This document shows positions 19,009 to 31,200 of a stretch of DNA of 64,000 bases, in pieces. The notes under the pieces were generated by a model. The model was given only the letters and a program-made list of their open reading frames with translations. It was not told the origin of the DNA and made no database searches. This DNA comes from an uncultured Ignavibacteria bacterium (lineage in GTDB: Bacteria > Bacteroidota > Ignavibacteria > Kapaibacteriales > UBA2268), in the NCBI GenBank assembly GCA_937127445.1, contig CAKZLY010000021.1, forward strand, positions 15,886-79,885. The letters run 5' to 3'. The position numbers and the translations under genes were made by a program. The first letter of the stretch is position 1, and the number at the start of each line of letters is the position of its first letter.

Positions 19009-22000
19009 TTATCTTACTACAACAACCGGGAAGACTGATACTGATTCACCGGCTACCAATCTTACGTTGTAAGTACCGCTTGGCAAGAGCGAACCTTTCA
19101 CATCAACTGCATTCCATTCAACGTTGTAGCTGCCAGCATTGTATGGAGCATTGATAATTGTAGCGACTTTGTTACCAAGATTATCAAATACTTCCATTGT
19201 AACATTTGTAGCGTTAGCAATGTTGAAGTTAATGTTTGTAGCTGCTCTTACTGGGTTTGGTGAAACGCTATTTATACGTGATTCAGTAATATCGTTTTGA
19301 CCATCTACGCTTGTTGCCATATCATAGATAATGATGAAGGCATCGATAGCGTCCGAAAGAATTGTGATGCGTGCCAAATCTGGATTACCGCTAACTGAGC
19401 TTTCAACAATCACGTTCTGGCTATTTCTTACAGCACCTGTCTTCATATCAACTGAGAACAAGTTACCGTTTGAATAAGCATCACGGATGTACCAGCTTGC
19501 GCCTGTTGGGTTAACAGGATCGTTCTTAGCAGGAACAGCGCTTTTTGGCCAAGTAATAGTTACTGGGTAGAGGAGCGAGCCACTGCCAGTTGTTCTTTCG
19601 CCACCAGCTTGGAAGCGACCACGATATACTCTTTCACCACTTTGACCAGTCAGTGCTCTTGGATAGATGTTGCGGTGCAAACCATTGCGCGATGGGATTG
19701 ACCAGCGAGCATCAAATACGTCGTTTGGTGGATATGGTGGGATTTCGAATTCGCAGAGGTCATAGTCAATTGTTCCTACGTTATCGCCATCTGTTCCATC
19801 ACCAGTAGTTGCACCATTTGGAGCAGTACCAAACACAAGAGTTTGATTAGCACCCATTGCGTTTGCAACTGTAACAGGTACTAAGAAGTCTGTTGGCAAT
19901 GAAAGCTGCAATCTGAATTCAAGAACAGCAACTTTACCAGCTCTGTCGCGAGCTTCAATGCGAATAGTAACCTTACCGTCTGGATCGCGATTAAGGTTAA
20001 AGTTGTTTGTCCAGATACGGATTGTTGTATCAGCTTTGCTCAATGGTCCACGAATTGACGAAGGAGTAATATTGAGCTTAGTTGGATCGCTTGGTTTAAC
20101 CAAAGTTAATGTAATAACTTCGTCTGAATTTGTGCGAGCCAAATCTAAGTCTTTCAATGTGATGAATGCCTCCCATGGTTCGCCTTGGTCTATGCACTCT
20201 ACTGCTGGTACGCCAGAAAGTTCTGGTGTATGGTTCATTGGGAGAACCTTCAAGTTAAGTGTTTTAACAGCAGACAATCCATTTTCATCAGTAACGATAA
20301 CAGTTACTTTTTCATCTTTTGGAGCGTCCTGCATACCAGGAGTACCATAGAGCAAGCCACTTTCTGCGTTAATCTTCAACCATTTTGGCGTCTTTCTTTC
20401 TACATAGACTTTGCCTGCTTCTGGGAAGCATGGATCTATTGCTATAGAATCTGTTGGATAAGTATCGTAAGCAAGTGCAAATATTAAGCGTTCACCAGTA
20501 TTAGCATCGAACACTTTTACTATTCTTGTGCTATCCATCATTGATAAGTTGTAGTCAACACCTTCTTGTGCATTTGGTAATGCATCAGTTAGGATTTCAG
20601 GTGCGTAGTTAATATATACATCTAATAATTTTTCAGTTACTCCACCATGACCATCATTTGCAACGATTGCAAATACTGTATCGTTAATTAATGATGTTGG
20701 ATTTTGGTCGTTACGTCTCAAAAGACCCAAAGCAGTAGTTCTATCAATGCTGTAATGCAATTGACCTTTCGAGAGGAAGTCAAATCCATAAGGATCAGCA
20801 ACTGTTGGATTATCGTATTTAACCATATACTGGTTGGACATCCAAATTGGACGCAATTGTTTCATACCGAACACAACTGTATCAGGAGCATCGCCGCCAC
20901 GCATTGCAACATTCATAAATCCGTATGAAGTTCTGCCGTAGCGATAATCCCAATCCAATGCCCAGCTATCTTCTAATTCGTCGTCAGTGTTGAAGTCAAC
21001 TTTGAAGCGTAATCTATCAGTTAGATTTGCTTTTAGTTTACCAGTTGCTGTCTTACCGCAAGTGTATACAGTAGGTAAGTAGTCTTTCATTACGAAATCG
21101 CTTGAGTTCTTATTAACTTTAACCATAGCTGCACCAAGTGTAGTTCCAGGCTCTAAGAAACGTGGAGCGCTGTCAACTACAAACACTTTTACGGCTTGGC
21201 GAGTTAAGTAGTTCGAAGCAAAATCGATCGTATCTTGTTGCAAGTAACGAGCATTTGTTACATCATAGATTGGATTGCTAATATATTTCGGGAATATGTT
21301 AACAAATTGGTCTATAATGTCTTGTGGAGTATTGAGAGCTTTCAACACATCAACACTACGGTAGTGTGGTGGGAAGCTACGTACTTCGAGATAGAGATCT
21401 TCACCGCCTGGCACTACGTATGGGTTAAGCGGTTGACCTTTGAACATAAAGTAGCCACTTGCATTATCTTTTTGATATGTAGCTGCTAGTGTATCAACCA
21501 ACAACCATCTCTTAAGACCTGAGTTGTCATCAACTAACCAATTATAGAGCAAGTTGGAGTATTGATTTGGGTGCAGCAGTGAGCGTGGATCGTAGAACAT
21601 ATTGCTATCAATTGCTGTAACAGTCAAGATAGAATCGCGACCGCGATCATATCCACGACCAGTGTATGTACCGTTTGCAGCTGGGTATGTTCTATCTTCT
21701 GTAACGAATATCTTATTGATAAAGTCAGTTATAATTAATGTGTCCTTCTGACCAGGATTGAATTCAGAGTCGACAATCTTAATCACTGTATCTTGTGCTA
21801 AGCGAGCAAGATCGCCAGTAAATACTGGTGGCATTGTCGAACGAGTTACCTTAAACACAATACCATCATTGTATGCAGCCAATACGCCTTCGCGCCATAG
21901 AACTGTACGTGAAATGATGCGTACTACGTCGCCTGTATCAACTGGAAGTGCACGGTAACGTTCGCCAGCAAAGTAAGTTGTATTGGAAACAGGAGTTGTT

Positions 22001-25000
22001 CCAACAAATGTTCTATTGTTGTTTGGCATCGAAGGACGGTTGCTGAACAGATTGAATACTTTTGCTAAAGCGTTCGAATCTGCGTGGTATTTACGTCCTT
22101 GCAATGCTGCTGCATCTTCGTTATAAGCATCACGATATAATTTTTCAAGAAGAACTGGATTTGAATATGGAGCAAATGGGAACAAACCATTTGAACCAAG
22201 GTTCAAAAGACCTTCAGCACTTCTTCTAATTGACGAGTTTGGATTTCTATTTGATGAGTCAGGTACTAATTCAACTCTTGCGCGGAAGATTTCGCGATAG
22301 TTTGCATCTTCGCCAACTTGCTTGAAGTTTACGCGGATATAGTCGCCAGTTGTTTCGTTGATTACAAAGAATACTGATTCATTGAGCATTCTTGTGTCGT
22401 GGTTGTTCTTTTCAACTTCACCAGTGTTGTAATCAATCATTGTTTCGAGGAACAATGGATAGCCAATTGGGTGATAGTAGCGACCTGTTTCATCTGGTTT
22501 CCATTCGCCTTGAACTTGTGATAAGAATGGATACTTCAAGTTACCTTGGTCGTCGCGAGCTTCTACTGCGAATGGATCACGCAAGTAACGTTTTATGTAT
22601 TTACCATTAGATGGAGCGTTAGCAACGCTGTATCTCTTAACTTTTGGAGCGATACCAACTGCAAAGTCTTCAATCGGGCTCATACGGCGTTTTGTATAGT
22701 CAGCTGTCTTAATATCAGTTCCTTTATCGTAAATATCATAAATATGACCGCTCATTAAGTATTTTTCAGCAATGCTGTTGTCGCCAACTGTATTTTCATC
22801 TTGTCCGTTCTTGAGAACAATTGGAGTATAGTTGTATTTATCAATTGATTCGAATGGACCTTGTGTTCTTGGGTCTGAACTTGTTTGGAACAAGAATGGC
22901 AGATAGTTAGCATCAGCATTAACTACATTATATTGATCTGCTGGAGCAATATTTACAAAGAATGTTTCCATTCTTGCAAGTTCTGGTGAATTATGATTGT
23001 TTTCAATGTTCAAAAGAACATTAGCTTCGGTATGACCCCAGTAGTTGCCACGTAATGTATCAGTACCGCCTGCACCGATACCTGTTGTTCCAGCAAGAAC
23101 GCCCTTAGTGTTTGGTGCGTCTGGCAGACGGATCATAAAGCGAGCTGTGTTGCCATAGAATGAGTTTGCAGCCTCGCTGAAAATATATGATGGCAATGGA
23201 CCTTGTACTTCGCCATAGATTGTAGCAGGAGCCAAATCTGAAGAAGCAAAGTTGCCAATTGTTGTGTTCGATGCATCTTTAATCACTGGACCGCTAATGT
23301 AGTTCTGGCTCATACCAATTGTATTGCGTTCATCAGTCTTGTTGCCAGTTACAAGTGAGCGGTTAAAGATAAGTTTAAGGTCGTAGTTATCTGAATATAT
23401 TGCAGAACCAGTAAATGCAACGTTGTTTTGAATTCTAACGCGGTTGAACAATACTGCATCAATACGGTTAGTTCTATCGAGTGTAGCTTTATCTAATAAA
23501 TAGATTGCACCACCAAGACCAACGCCATTCTCTGGTAAGTTAGTTTCTTTATGCCAACGTTTTACATCGATAAGTGCCATATCAGCAGGTGTTACTTGCG
23601 ACCAAGTTGCACCAGCGTCTTTTGTTGCGAGCAACAATCCAACATTACCTGATACGAAACCTTCGTTGTTATTTACAAAATATACGCTATTGAGTGTATT
23701 TGTAGTTCCTGAGGTAAGAGCTGTCCAGTTGTTACCACCGTCAGTTGTCTTTACGATAGTACCACTTGCACCAACTGCATAACCAATATTTTGACCATAG
23801 AAGAAGATTGATTTAAGTTCTTGGTCTGTTCCGCTATTTACGAAATCCCAAGTATTCCCGCCATCGACAGTTTTAATCATCACACCAGCTTTGCCAGTAG
23901 CAAAACCAACTGTTGCGCTCTTGAACATAATGTAGTTGAGGTCCGAAGTAAGACCAGGCATTATCTGGACGTCCCAATTATCACCGCCATTAGTTGTGTA
24001 GAGAATTAAGCCTCTATCGCCAACTGCATAGCCTTTGTTTACACCAACCCAAGCAACTGATTGTAAATTGCGAGTTGCAGGACGTTTTACTGTCCAGTTT
24101 CCACCAGCGTCTGTGGTCTTCAAAATATAACCTTCGTCAGCAACAGCATAACCTACTTGCGTACCAACGAACAATATATCATTAATCTTAGGATCATTAG
24201 TAATTGATGGAACTGTTAATTTAGTCCAGGTTTGACCTTTGTTAGTTGTCTTCAAAATTGTTGTGTACGCACCAACTGCGTAGCCAATATCATCACTTGT
24301 AAAGTATATGTCAGTTAAATCAACGTTGGTGTTGGATGGCATAAAGTCCCATTTAGCACCGCCGTTGCTGAATTTAACGATCATACCATTGTTGCCAACA
24401 GCATAACCTTCTTTGTTATCAAGCCAGTAGATAGCATTGATATGATCGCTTGGAAGAGGTGTACCTTTACCAATTTGAGTTGTTCCGCTTCCCATTTGTG
24501 AATCAATAATTCCATTGTCAAGAATGATTGTATTATCAAGGAAGCGAGTAAGCATACGAACATCAGCAACGATTGGAGCATTTGAATATGTAAATGGTTC
24601 ATTTACTGATGTATATCCAATAGCAAAGCCATCTTTAGCATCATACATATCGTAATGAACTACATCAAGGTCGGTTACGAAAATTTTATGAATAGTAGTA
24701 ATTGGATTTGCAAGAGCAATTGCACCACCATTACCATTATATACCTTATTATTGATAAAGAGCGAACCTTTTACTAAGTTCAAGTCGCCATTGAGCGAGT
24801 ATATTGCACCACCACCACGGATATCTGGCTTATTAACATCAGCAACGTTTTCGCCAACAATATTTCCGTCGAAGTTAGCGCGAACCACTTGGATTAAGCG
24901 TTTGAATGGATCCATTCCAACATTATTAGGAATGTTGAATGCAAGAGCGCCACCATAATATCCAGCTTTGTTGTTCTGGAATATTACAGGATATTTGCCG

Positions 25001-27030
25001 CCATAGAATTGCAAGGAGCCATTGACGCCACCTGCACCAGTGATGATTGTATTTCTCTTTGAATATACAGCTCCACCGAATGAAGAAGCTATGTTATTTA
25101 CAAATTTAATATCAAACCCATAATCACGTGTATTCCAAGTGTTGTCGTGACCACCGATAACAGGGGATACTAAATTATAAACATTACCATCAACATAAAT
25201 TGCACCACCAGCACCAGCTTGGTTGTTTACAAAGTATGTTTGATTAGCAATTGTCAATGCAGCATCAACATCTGATCTTACTTTGAGTGCATCGCGTTGA
25301 CCGCCACGAATTTGAATGCGGTTCAGCGTGTTTTCAGCGAATATAGCACCACCCATCGAGAAGAAGCCGTTTCCAGATTCTGCATTGTTTGCACTTACAA
25401 GGAATGGAGCTTTAGTTTGGTTGTTTTCAAACTTACCGCTGAAAATAACGCTTGTATTAGCACCAACATAAATTGCACCACCACGAGCACCGAATGAGCT
25501 CATATGTCCTTGATAGTTTGAAGCTTCGTTGTTGGTTACTTCTAATGCGTCGTTATAACCAGGGTCTAATTCAACAACGTTTCCGTTGATAAGTAATCTG
25601 TCGTTCAAACCCAATGCAATTTCCATGCGGCGGTTTTCATTAGCTTCGTTACCTGCAATGTAGAGTGCACCGCCGAAAGCTTTATTGCCATAAGCAAATG
25701 GATAATCTGCGGCAACGTCGGTAAGTTCAGTTACAACTGTAACAGGAGGAACAGTATTTAATACTTTTTGTCCAACTTTTGCAAGGATAACTTTATTTCT
25801 GTCGAATTTCACATTACGGACACGACCTAAATAAACTGCTATACGAGCGTCGTCCCAAGCCATACGTTCAAGATCGAGAAGAGGTTCTGCAGTCGGATCG
25901 TCAATATTGTCAATTAATGGAATTTTGTAGCTTTTATTGATTTCAGAAATGTTTCCATTGCGATCAGTTAACTGTGGGTTTTTAGCATCTGGATAGTATG
26001 CAGTAGGTGTATTATAAACTGGGTAACCCTCTGGGGCTTGCAAAATTTGCAATGCACCGCCCCGAACACGAGCAATATTATCTTTGAAAGTTACATTAAT
26101 AAGCCAAGTTCTTGACGAGAATGTAGTCAAAGCACCGCCAGCACCATTAGCCAAACTCTTAATTCTATTCATCAAAGCGTTATATTCAAATGTATTCAAG
26201 CCTGGAAGGTCGCTTTGAGCATAGTAAGGATGACGGTCAACAGTTGTATCTTTCTTGAAGTTTTCAAATACTACATTACGGAAGAATGCAGCGCGAGCGC
26301 CTGGAAGCACAACGATATGTCCCCATTCACGTGAGAAATTATTCACTGGCTGGCCAATGAAGCGGATTCTTGATTGTGTGAAAGGAACTGCTGCGCCACC
26401 AAATCTCTTCCAAGGTGATGTTTTCAGGTTTGGATCATTTCCTGGATTTAAGTATAAACGAGCTGCCTGGAATGCGATTGCATATTCGAAAGGAATAATC
26501 ACATAACGTGGGTCAGTAGGCAAATTGTTAGGATCCAAGTTTACAATCTTGCGAGCAACTGTGTCCAATACAACATTGAAAATATGGTTGTATTTACTTG
26601 GATGAACGGTTGGGTCGCGACGTGTGTTATACGATAATGTTCTTGTCATACCATCATCGTATAAGAAATAGCGCATATCAGCATAACCAAAACCACCTTG
26701 GTCTGCTGGATATGTTGTTACAGGATCTGGAACTGCAGTTTGGTCGTAAGTAATACGAGCAAAACCGTCAGCAATGATACGACCGCCTGTTGAGTCGATT
26801 AAGCAGCTGTTGTCAAGGAATTTTACTGTTGTCCCTGGTTCAATAATAAGAGTACCGCCGACAACAAGCTTTTTGTTGATTACGTAAATTGAGTCTCTTT
26901 GGAACACTCTTACTTCTCCGGGAGCGATGCTGCCGGAAACGTAAGCAGTTGGCAACTGTGCATATCCTTCAACGCCAAGGAATATGCATAGTAACGCTGC
27001 CAAGAAACTCATACGAAAAAATCGTTGCAT
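19009..27030 (-). CDS. Giant secreted T9SS cargo protein (~2673 aa): Pmp-like beta-helix, 7-bladed BNR/Ycf48-like beta-propeller, Ig-like domains
   Basis: GGAGGT ribosome-binding site before MQRFFRM, signal peptide. Repeated GGA[ILV]Y / FxxN motifs. Seven TT(D/N)GGxxW(T/D) Asp-box repeats. CTD ...SGTYNVRLVAGESVSVFPVVVVR. Confidence 0.7.
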   Translation of the reverse strand: MQRFFRMSFLAALLCIFLGVEGYAQLPTAYVSGSIAPGEVRVFQRDSIYVINKKLVVGGTLIIEPGTTVKFLDNSCLIDSTGGRIIADGFARITYDQTAVPDPVTTYPADQGGFGYADMRYFLYDDGMTRTLSYNTRRDPTVHPSKYNHIFNVVLDTVARKIVNLDPNNLPTDPRYVIIPFEYAIAFQAARLYLNPGNDPNLKTSPWKRFGGAAVPFTQSRIRFIGQPVNNFSREWGHIVVLPGARAAFFRNVVFENFKKDTTVDRHPYYAQSDLPGLNTFEYNALMNRIKSLANGAGGALTTFSSRTWLINVTFKDNIARVRGGALQILQAPEGYPVYNTPTAYYPDAKNPQLTDRNGNISEINKSYKIPLIDNIDDPTAEPLLDLERMAWDDARIAVYLGRVRNVKFDRNKVILAKVGQKVLNTVPPVTVVTELTDVAADYPFAYGNKAFGGALYIAGNEANENRRMEIALGLNDRLLINGNVVELDPGYNDALEVTNNEASNYQGHMSSFGARGGAIYVGANTSVIFSGKFENNQTKAPFLVSANNAESGNGFFSMGGAIFAENTLNRIQIRGGQRDALKVRSDVDAALTIANQTYFVNNQAGAGGAIYVDGNVYNLVSPVIGGHDNTWNTRDYGFDIKFVNNIASSFGGAVYSKRNTIITGAGGVNGSLQFYGGKYPVIFQNNKAGYYGGALAFNIPNNVGMDPFKRLIQVVRANFDGNIVGENVADVNKPDIRGGGAIYSLNGDLNLVKGSLFINNKVYNGNGGAIALANPITTIHKIFVTDLDVVHYDMYDAKDGFAIGYTSVNEPFTYSNAPIVADVRMLTRFLDNTIILDNGIIDSQMGSGTTQIGKGTPLPSDHINAIYWLDNKEGYAVGNNGMIVKFSNGGAKWDFMPSNTNVDLTDIYFTSDDIGYAVGAYTTILKTTNKGQTWTKLTVPSITNDPKINDILFVGTQVGYAVADEGYILKTTDAGGNWTVKRPATRNLQSVAWVGVNKGYAVGDRGLILYTTNGGDNWDVQIMPGLTSDLNYIMFKSATVGFATGKAGVMIKTVDGGNTWDFVNSGTDQELKSIFFYGQNIGYAVGASGTIVKTTDGGNNWTALTSGTTNTLNSVYFVNNNEGFVSGNVGLLLATKDAGATWSQVTPADMALIDVKRWHKETNLPENGVGLGGAIYLLDKATLDRTNRIDAVLFNRVRIQNNVAFTGSAIYSDNYDLKLIFNRSLVTGNKTDERNTIGMSQNYISGPVIKDASNTTIGNFASSDLAPATIYGEVQGPLPSYIFSEAANSFYGNTARFMIRLPDAPNTKGVLAGTTGIGAGGTDTLRGNYWGHTEANVLLNIENNHNSPELARMETFFVNIAPADQYNVVNADANYLPFLFQTSSDPRTQGPFESIDKYNYTPIVLKNGQDENTVGDNSIAEKYLMSGHIYDIYDKGTDIKTADYTKRRMSPIEDFAVGIAPKVKRYSVANAPSNGKYIKRYLRDPFAVEARDDQGNLKYPFLSQVQGEWKPDETGRYYHPIGYPLFLETMIDYNTGEVEKNNHDTRMLNESVFFVINETTGDYIRVNFKQVGEDANYREIFRARVELVPDSSNRNPNSSIRRSAEGLLNLGSNGLFPFAPYSNPVLLEKLYRDAYNEDAAALQGRKYHADSNALAKVFNLFSNRPSMPNNNRTFVGTTPVSNTTYFAGERYRALPVDTGDVVRIISRTVLWREGVLAAYNDGIVFKVTRSTMPPVFTGDLARLAQDTVIKIVDSEFNPGQKDTLIITDFINKIFVTEDRTYPAANGTYTGRGYDRGRDSILTVTAIDSNMFYDPRSLLHPNQYSNLLYNWLVDDNSGLKRWLLVDTLAATYQKDNASGYFMFKGQPLNPYVVPGGEDLYLEVRSFPPHYRSVDVLKALNTPQDIIDQFVNIFPKYISNPIYDVTNARYLQQDTIDFASNYLTRQAVKVFVVDSAPRFLEPGTTLGAAMVKVNKNSSDFVMKDYLPTVYTCGKTATGKLKANLTDRLRFKVDFNTDDELEDSWALDWDYRYGRTSYGFMNVAMRGGDAPDTVVFGMKQLRPIWMSNQYMVKYDNPTVADPYGFDFLSKGQLHYSIDRTTALGLLRRNDQNPTSLINDTVFAIVANDGHGGVTEKLLDVYINYAPEILTDALPNAQEGVDYNLSMMDSTRIVKVFDANTGERLIFALAYDTYPTDSIAIDPCFPEAGKVYVERKTPKWLKINAESGLLYGTPGMQDAPKDEKVTVIVTDENGLSAVKTLNLKVLPMNHTPELSGVPAVECIDQGEPWEAFITLKDLDLARTNSDEVITLTLVKPSDPTKLNITPSSIRGPLSKADTTIRIWTNNFNLNRDPDGKVTIRIEARDRAGKVAVLEFRLQLSLPTDFLVPVTVANAMGANQTLVFGTAPNGATTGDGTDGDNVGTIDYDLCEFEIPPYPPNDVFDARWSIPSRNGLHRNIYPRALTGQSGERVYRGRFQAGGERTTGSGSLLYPVTITWPKSAVPAKNDPVNPTGASWYIRDAYSNGNLFSVDMKTGAVRNSQNVIVESSVSGNPDLARITILSDAIDAFIIIYDMATSVDGQNDITESRINSVSPNPVRAATNINFNIANATNVTMEVFDNLGNKVATIINAPYNAGSYNVEWNAVDVKGSLLPSGTYNVRLVAGESVSVFPVVVVR

Positions 27031-27130
27031 GTTACCTCCAAAATGTGAAAATTTTGTTATAAAATCTATGTTGCTTAAAAAATCTATGTTCATTTTGCAT
27101 CATATAATATTAAATATACATAAATACGTT

Positions 27131-27856
27131 TTATTCAATAATCGTGCCAAGTCGAGCAAGTTCAATTTTAGCTGTATTTGCAAATTCTGCGAAATCACGA
27201 TTTTTTGCAATCATTGTTAGATGCTCTATTGCGCGATCTTTTTCTCCCATACGTGCATAGCAAATACCAGCAAACAGCATATAACGTCCTTTCGATGTTG
27301 GGTCGATAGCTAATCCTGCTGCTTTTTCGTAATTTTCCGCTGCATCGCTTAAATTATTGTTCTTCTCACTGCAAACAGCCAGCCCAGCGTAACCACCTTT
27401 TGAGACTTCATCGGATTTTGCTTTTGCAGCAATTTCAAAGTATTTACGCGCTTCTGATATTTTGTCCAATGCAAAATAAGCATCTCCTGCGAGCAATGCA
27501 GCAATTTCCCCTGACGGAGTTGATGAATATTCTTCAACAATTTTCACAAGACCTAATACTTTCTCTCCTCTAACGGTTGGAACAGAGTCGCCTCCAAACA
27601 ATGCGCGAGCATATTCTTCTTTGTCGAAATACGGTCTAATTCTCGAAAGCGCCAAAGCTGCTTCTTCTTTATTTTTATTGCTCGTATATGTAAAATAATA
27701 TGCAATAGCTACTATTGCTACCACTGCAACCGCTGCTATTGCTATCAATTTACCATACTTTTGAATAAAATTAACCTCGCCGCCTTCTTCCTGAACCTGA
27801 TTTTCAAGTTCGTCATCTAAATTCTGTTCATTTTTGTTATTAATCTTGTCGCTCAT
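27131..27856 (-). CDS. TM-anchored tetratricopeptide-repeat protein (YfgM-like)
   Basis: Acidic N-terminus, one TM helix (LIAIAAVAVVAIVAIAYYF), then TPR-like helical repeats. Confidence 0.5.
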   Translation of the reverse strand: MSDKINNKNEQNLDDELENQVQEEGGEVNFIQKYGKLIAIAAVAVVAIVAIAYYFTYTSNKNKEEAALALSRIRPYFDKEEYARALFGGDSVPTVRGEKVLGLVKIVEEYSSTPSGEIAALLAGDAYFALDKISEARKYFEIAAKAKSDEVSKGGYAGLAVCSEKNNNLSDAAENYEKAAGLAIDPTSKGRYMLFAGICYARMGEKDRAIEHLTMIAKNRDFAEFANTAKIELARLGTIIE

Positions 27857-27893
27857 AAATCCTTTATTTTATTAATGATACTAATTTTCTTTG

Positions 27894-27967
27894 CACGCCC
27901 GAAGGGACTCGAACCCTTAGCCTTTGGAACCGGAATCCAACACTCTATCCAATTGAGCTACGGGCGC
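27894..27967 (-). tRNA. tRNA-Arg (anticodon CCG)
   Basis: Manual cloverleaf folds cleanly: acceptor GCGCCCG/CGGGCGU (G1-U72), D-arm GCUC...GAGU, anticodon stem UUGGA/UCCAA with loop UUCCGGU, T-arm AAGGG-UUCGAGU-CCCUU. Confidence 0.8.
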
Positions 27968-28149
27968 TCGTAACAATGAGAAACTATTCGACCCTTTGGC
28001 ATACAAATATATTATTATTGAATTTTTCTACCAAGTTTTAATAGTTTTTTTTAATCCTAATTTTAAATTTTTTCTTAAATTTTCCACAATCATTTGACTA
28101 TTTTTAAAACACTGTCAGATTTTTTTCACACTTTTTTGACACATTATAT

Positions 28150-28191
28150 AAGAAAAGAAAAGGGAGCTATAATCTCTTACAACTCCCTTTT
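28150..28191 (-). terminator. Rho-independent terminator of the 1828-aa giant gene
   Basis: Minus strand: AAAAGGGAG-loop-CTCCCTTTT followed by TTTTCTTTTCTT. Confidence 0.6.
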
Positions 28192-28208
28192 CAATTTATT
28201 AATCTACG

Positions 28209-31200
28209 CTATTTCACAACTTTTAGGGTTGTTGTTGTAGAATAGTTACCAGCATTAACAACAACAGTGTAGGTGCCTGCTGTCAGGTTTCTGAGGTCCA
28301 ATCTCAATTGATTTTCACCTGCGGCAATCGAGCCAAACGATTCAGCAAAAACTTTGCTTCCAGCAATATTATAAATTCCTACTAATGCTGAACCTTCAAC
28401 AGGTGAGTAGAACGAAACGTATGCATAGTCTTTCGCAGGATTTGGCGAAATTCCAGAAATTTCGAATGCACCATCACCCTCAATTGTTACTACTCTTGTG
28501 TTGCTATATGAAAATTCACCATTTTGGTCAATCATCTTCAATCTATAAGCATATGACTTACCAGCAGAAACGCTTCTATCGATAACTGGACCATATTCAG
28601 TAGCAACTGCTGAATTACCTTTTGCCTTAACTTCATCAATTTTAGCAAATGCACCAATACCGAATTCATTAACTTTTGCTTTTTCAATATCAAATCTTGA
28701 TGAATTTACTTCTGATGCACTTACCCAGTTAAGTTCGACACGTTTTCCAACAGCATTAGCATCAAACGAGAACAGTTCGATTGGAATAATTGTTCCGCCA
28801 TTGTTCTGAACATAGTCCATCGAAGCGCGAATGAGAGCATCTGCCATTGGGAAATGTCTCCAATCAAGCCCGAAGTAAATCACATTTGTAAACAGCGATG
28901 ATGATGCAATACACATAATTTTTTGATCGAACATTATTGTGTCAGGATTGATATAGAACATACCAACACGTGCAACACCTACACCGCTTTCAGTCATATT
29001 CACTACGTCGCCAACAGGTTTCGGATCGCCAAGGAAGCCAGTTGGAACTGCTGCAAAATCGATATTGCGAGCAACTGCGAAACCACGAACCACTGATAAT
29101 GAATCGAACGGACGTGTTACCTTTGGAGTTGCTCTTAATATCTTTTCTGTGAAGTATGTTCCATCAAGGTATTGAGGAATACCATTTTGACGAACAACAT
29201 CTTGGCTTGCAATGATAAAGTTGCTCTTATCGTTCAATTTCCCTTTGTTTAAGAATTTCAAAACATCGCCGATTACGTAGGTTGTGTACATTTTATCGTT
29301 AGCATCACCAAAGAAGAGCGAACGATACATTGTATAGTTTACCGAACGTTCTTCCCAGCCGCGGCGATCGAAAATATCGAAGTCGTGGTCTGCTTCACCC
29401 TTCATCTGGAACCATCCGATTCTACGGAATGCAGTAATCAAAGTATCAGCATTCAAACGTCCAGCAATTTGGTCCATCTGCTGTGGTGTCGGGTTCGAAA
29501 CGGTATCGATATTCACAAAGCTATTTTCTACAGATAAGAGCAAATCGAGCTTAGCACGTTTCAAATAGAAGCGAACAATTTTATCTTCGAGCACATTGTT
29601 CGAAGTCATTTCATCTGGTTGAGCAAGGCTTACTCTTATTCTATAACGAGGAGTAACATTAGGCAGCATTGTAGAGAAGTGTTGAGGAACATTGTATCCA
29701 ACAACTTGCGAGTAAGTGAGTGGAATAAAGTCGTCGTTGTCTTTACCATCACCCAATCCGAATACTACAACAGCATCATCAGTTGGGCTAATCTGAGCAG
29801 TAACGATTTTAGGAGCAACTGCTGGAATAACGAAGTTGCCTAATGTATCTTCGCGGAATATTTCTACTTTTATTTGAGCAGCTGATTGGAGCATATTACC
29901 ATTGTTGCGAACAATTGCTTTGACTTCAACCGGCGACTGCGTCATAATGTATTCAGCATCATTGAAAAGCGATGTTAGACGTAGGTCTTGATAAGCACCA
30001 GGAGCTACGATCGAGTGAATTTCTATATCGTTATTGAGCAATCTACCATTGAATTCGCAAGCGCCAATATCATAACGTTGATTTGCAAAACCACGTAAAT
30101 TACCATCAATATCAGAGCTTAATACATCATATCTTGTACCACGGTTGTTAATCTTAGAGTTAATTGGAGTTGGGTTCGATTTTACTCTCAAATTGCCAGG
30201 ATTGGAACCAATCATTTCGTGATCTTGCAAGAAGTTGTAGTCAACAGAATAAATATCGCAACCAGTCCAATATCTCCATTGGTTCAATGTTTTGAATTCT
30301 CCAGTAAAGCCAAGAGTGAGCAAGTTGCGTTCAACATCTACTTCAATATAGCGATAATAGTCAATTCCGCTTGCAAGCCAGAACGCATTACGTTCAATTT
30401 TAGTACCATCTTCTTTTGGTTTTTCGTTGTAATAGAATACAGCGGTTTTTGTTTCAACAGAACTTGCAATGTTATCGTCCAGAATTGCAATAGCGTTGTT
30501 GCCCATAGTCAAATCTTTGTTCTGCATTACAGCAATGCCAGCAATATTACCAGTGTTGGCAAACTGATCGTTTGGAATAATTATAGTATTGTTAATAATT
30601 TTATCTTCACGAGTAAAGAAACCAGCTTTTGCTGGTGAAAGTATTCTATCGTTAAAGTTTGGCACATTAATGTTACGAGCAGTAGCAAGATAAATACCTG
30701 CAATGTGAGCAGCAGCGTTATTAACCTTCAAATCGTAGATCATATTATTTACAACTACGAATTTTTCTTTGTCTTTCGGGAAGAATTGAGTGCGTGTTGC
30801 ACCTTCCTGCAGTGTATAAGAAGCCTGTTCAATTTTCACGCCGAAAGTAATAAACGATGATTTAATATTGCTGATTTCGTTACCATCAATTCTAATATTG
30901 TTATTGTGATATCCCAAAAATCCTGCTTTGTCTTCGCCACCGACAATAATACCTGCTGCATCGCTTGTTGTAGCATTAATATTATATATACGGTTCTGAG
31001 CAATCAATGTATTTTCTTCGTAGCCAACAAAAATACCAGCACGTCCAACATCATAAATTTTATTCTTGATAAATTTGTTATTGTTGTTCAAATACTTGGT
31101 AATTGTTACTTCTGGACCTCTAATTTTATCCAAAACGCCCAAGCCAAGAGAAACAATACCATAACCGAATTTTGTAATTTCGTTGTTCTCAATTACTATA

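Noticed and set aside
19590-27220. Numerous 60-130-aa ORFs antisense or out-of-frame within the giant T9SS genes (e.g., 19590..19808, 19958..20350, 20185..20487, 22392..22758, 29619..31274)
   Set aside because: All lie fully inside long, well-supported coding regions on the opposite strand or in another frame. They are low-complexity and lack a ribosome-binding site or start context, so they are typical shadow ORFs.
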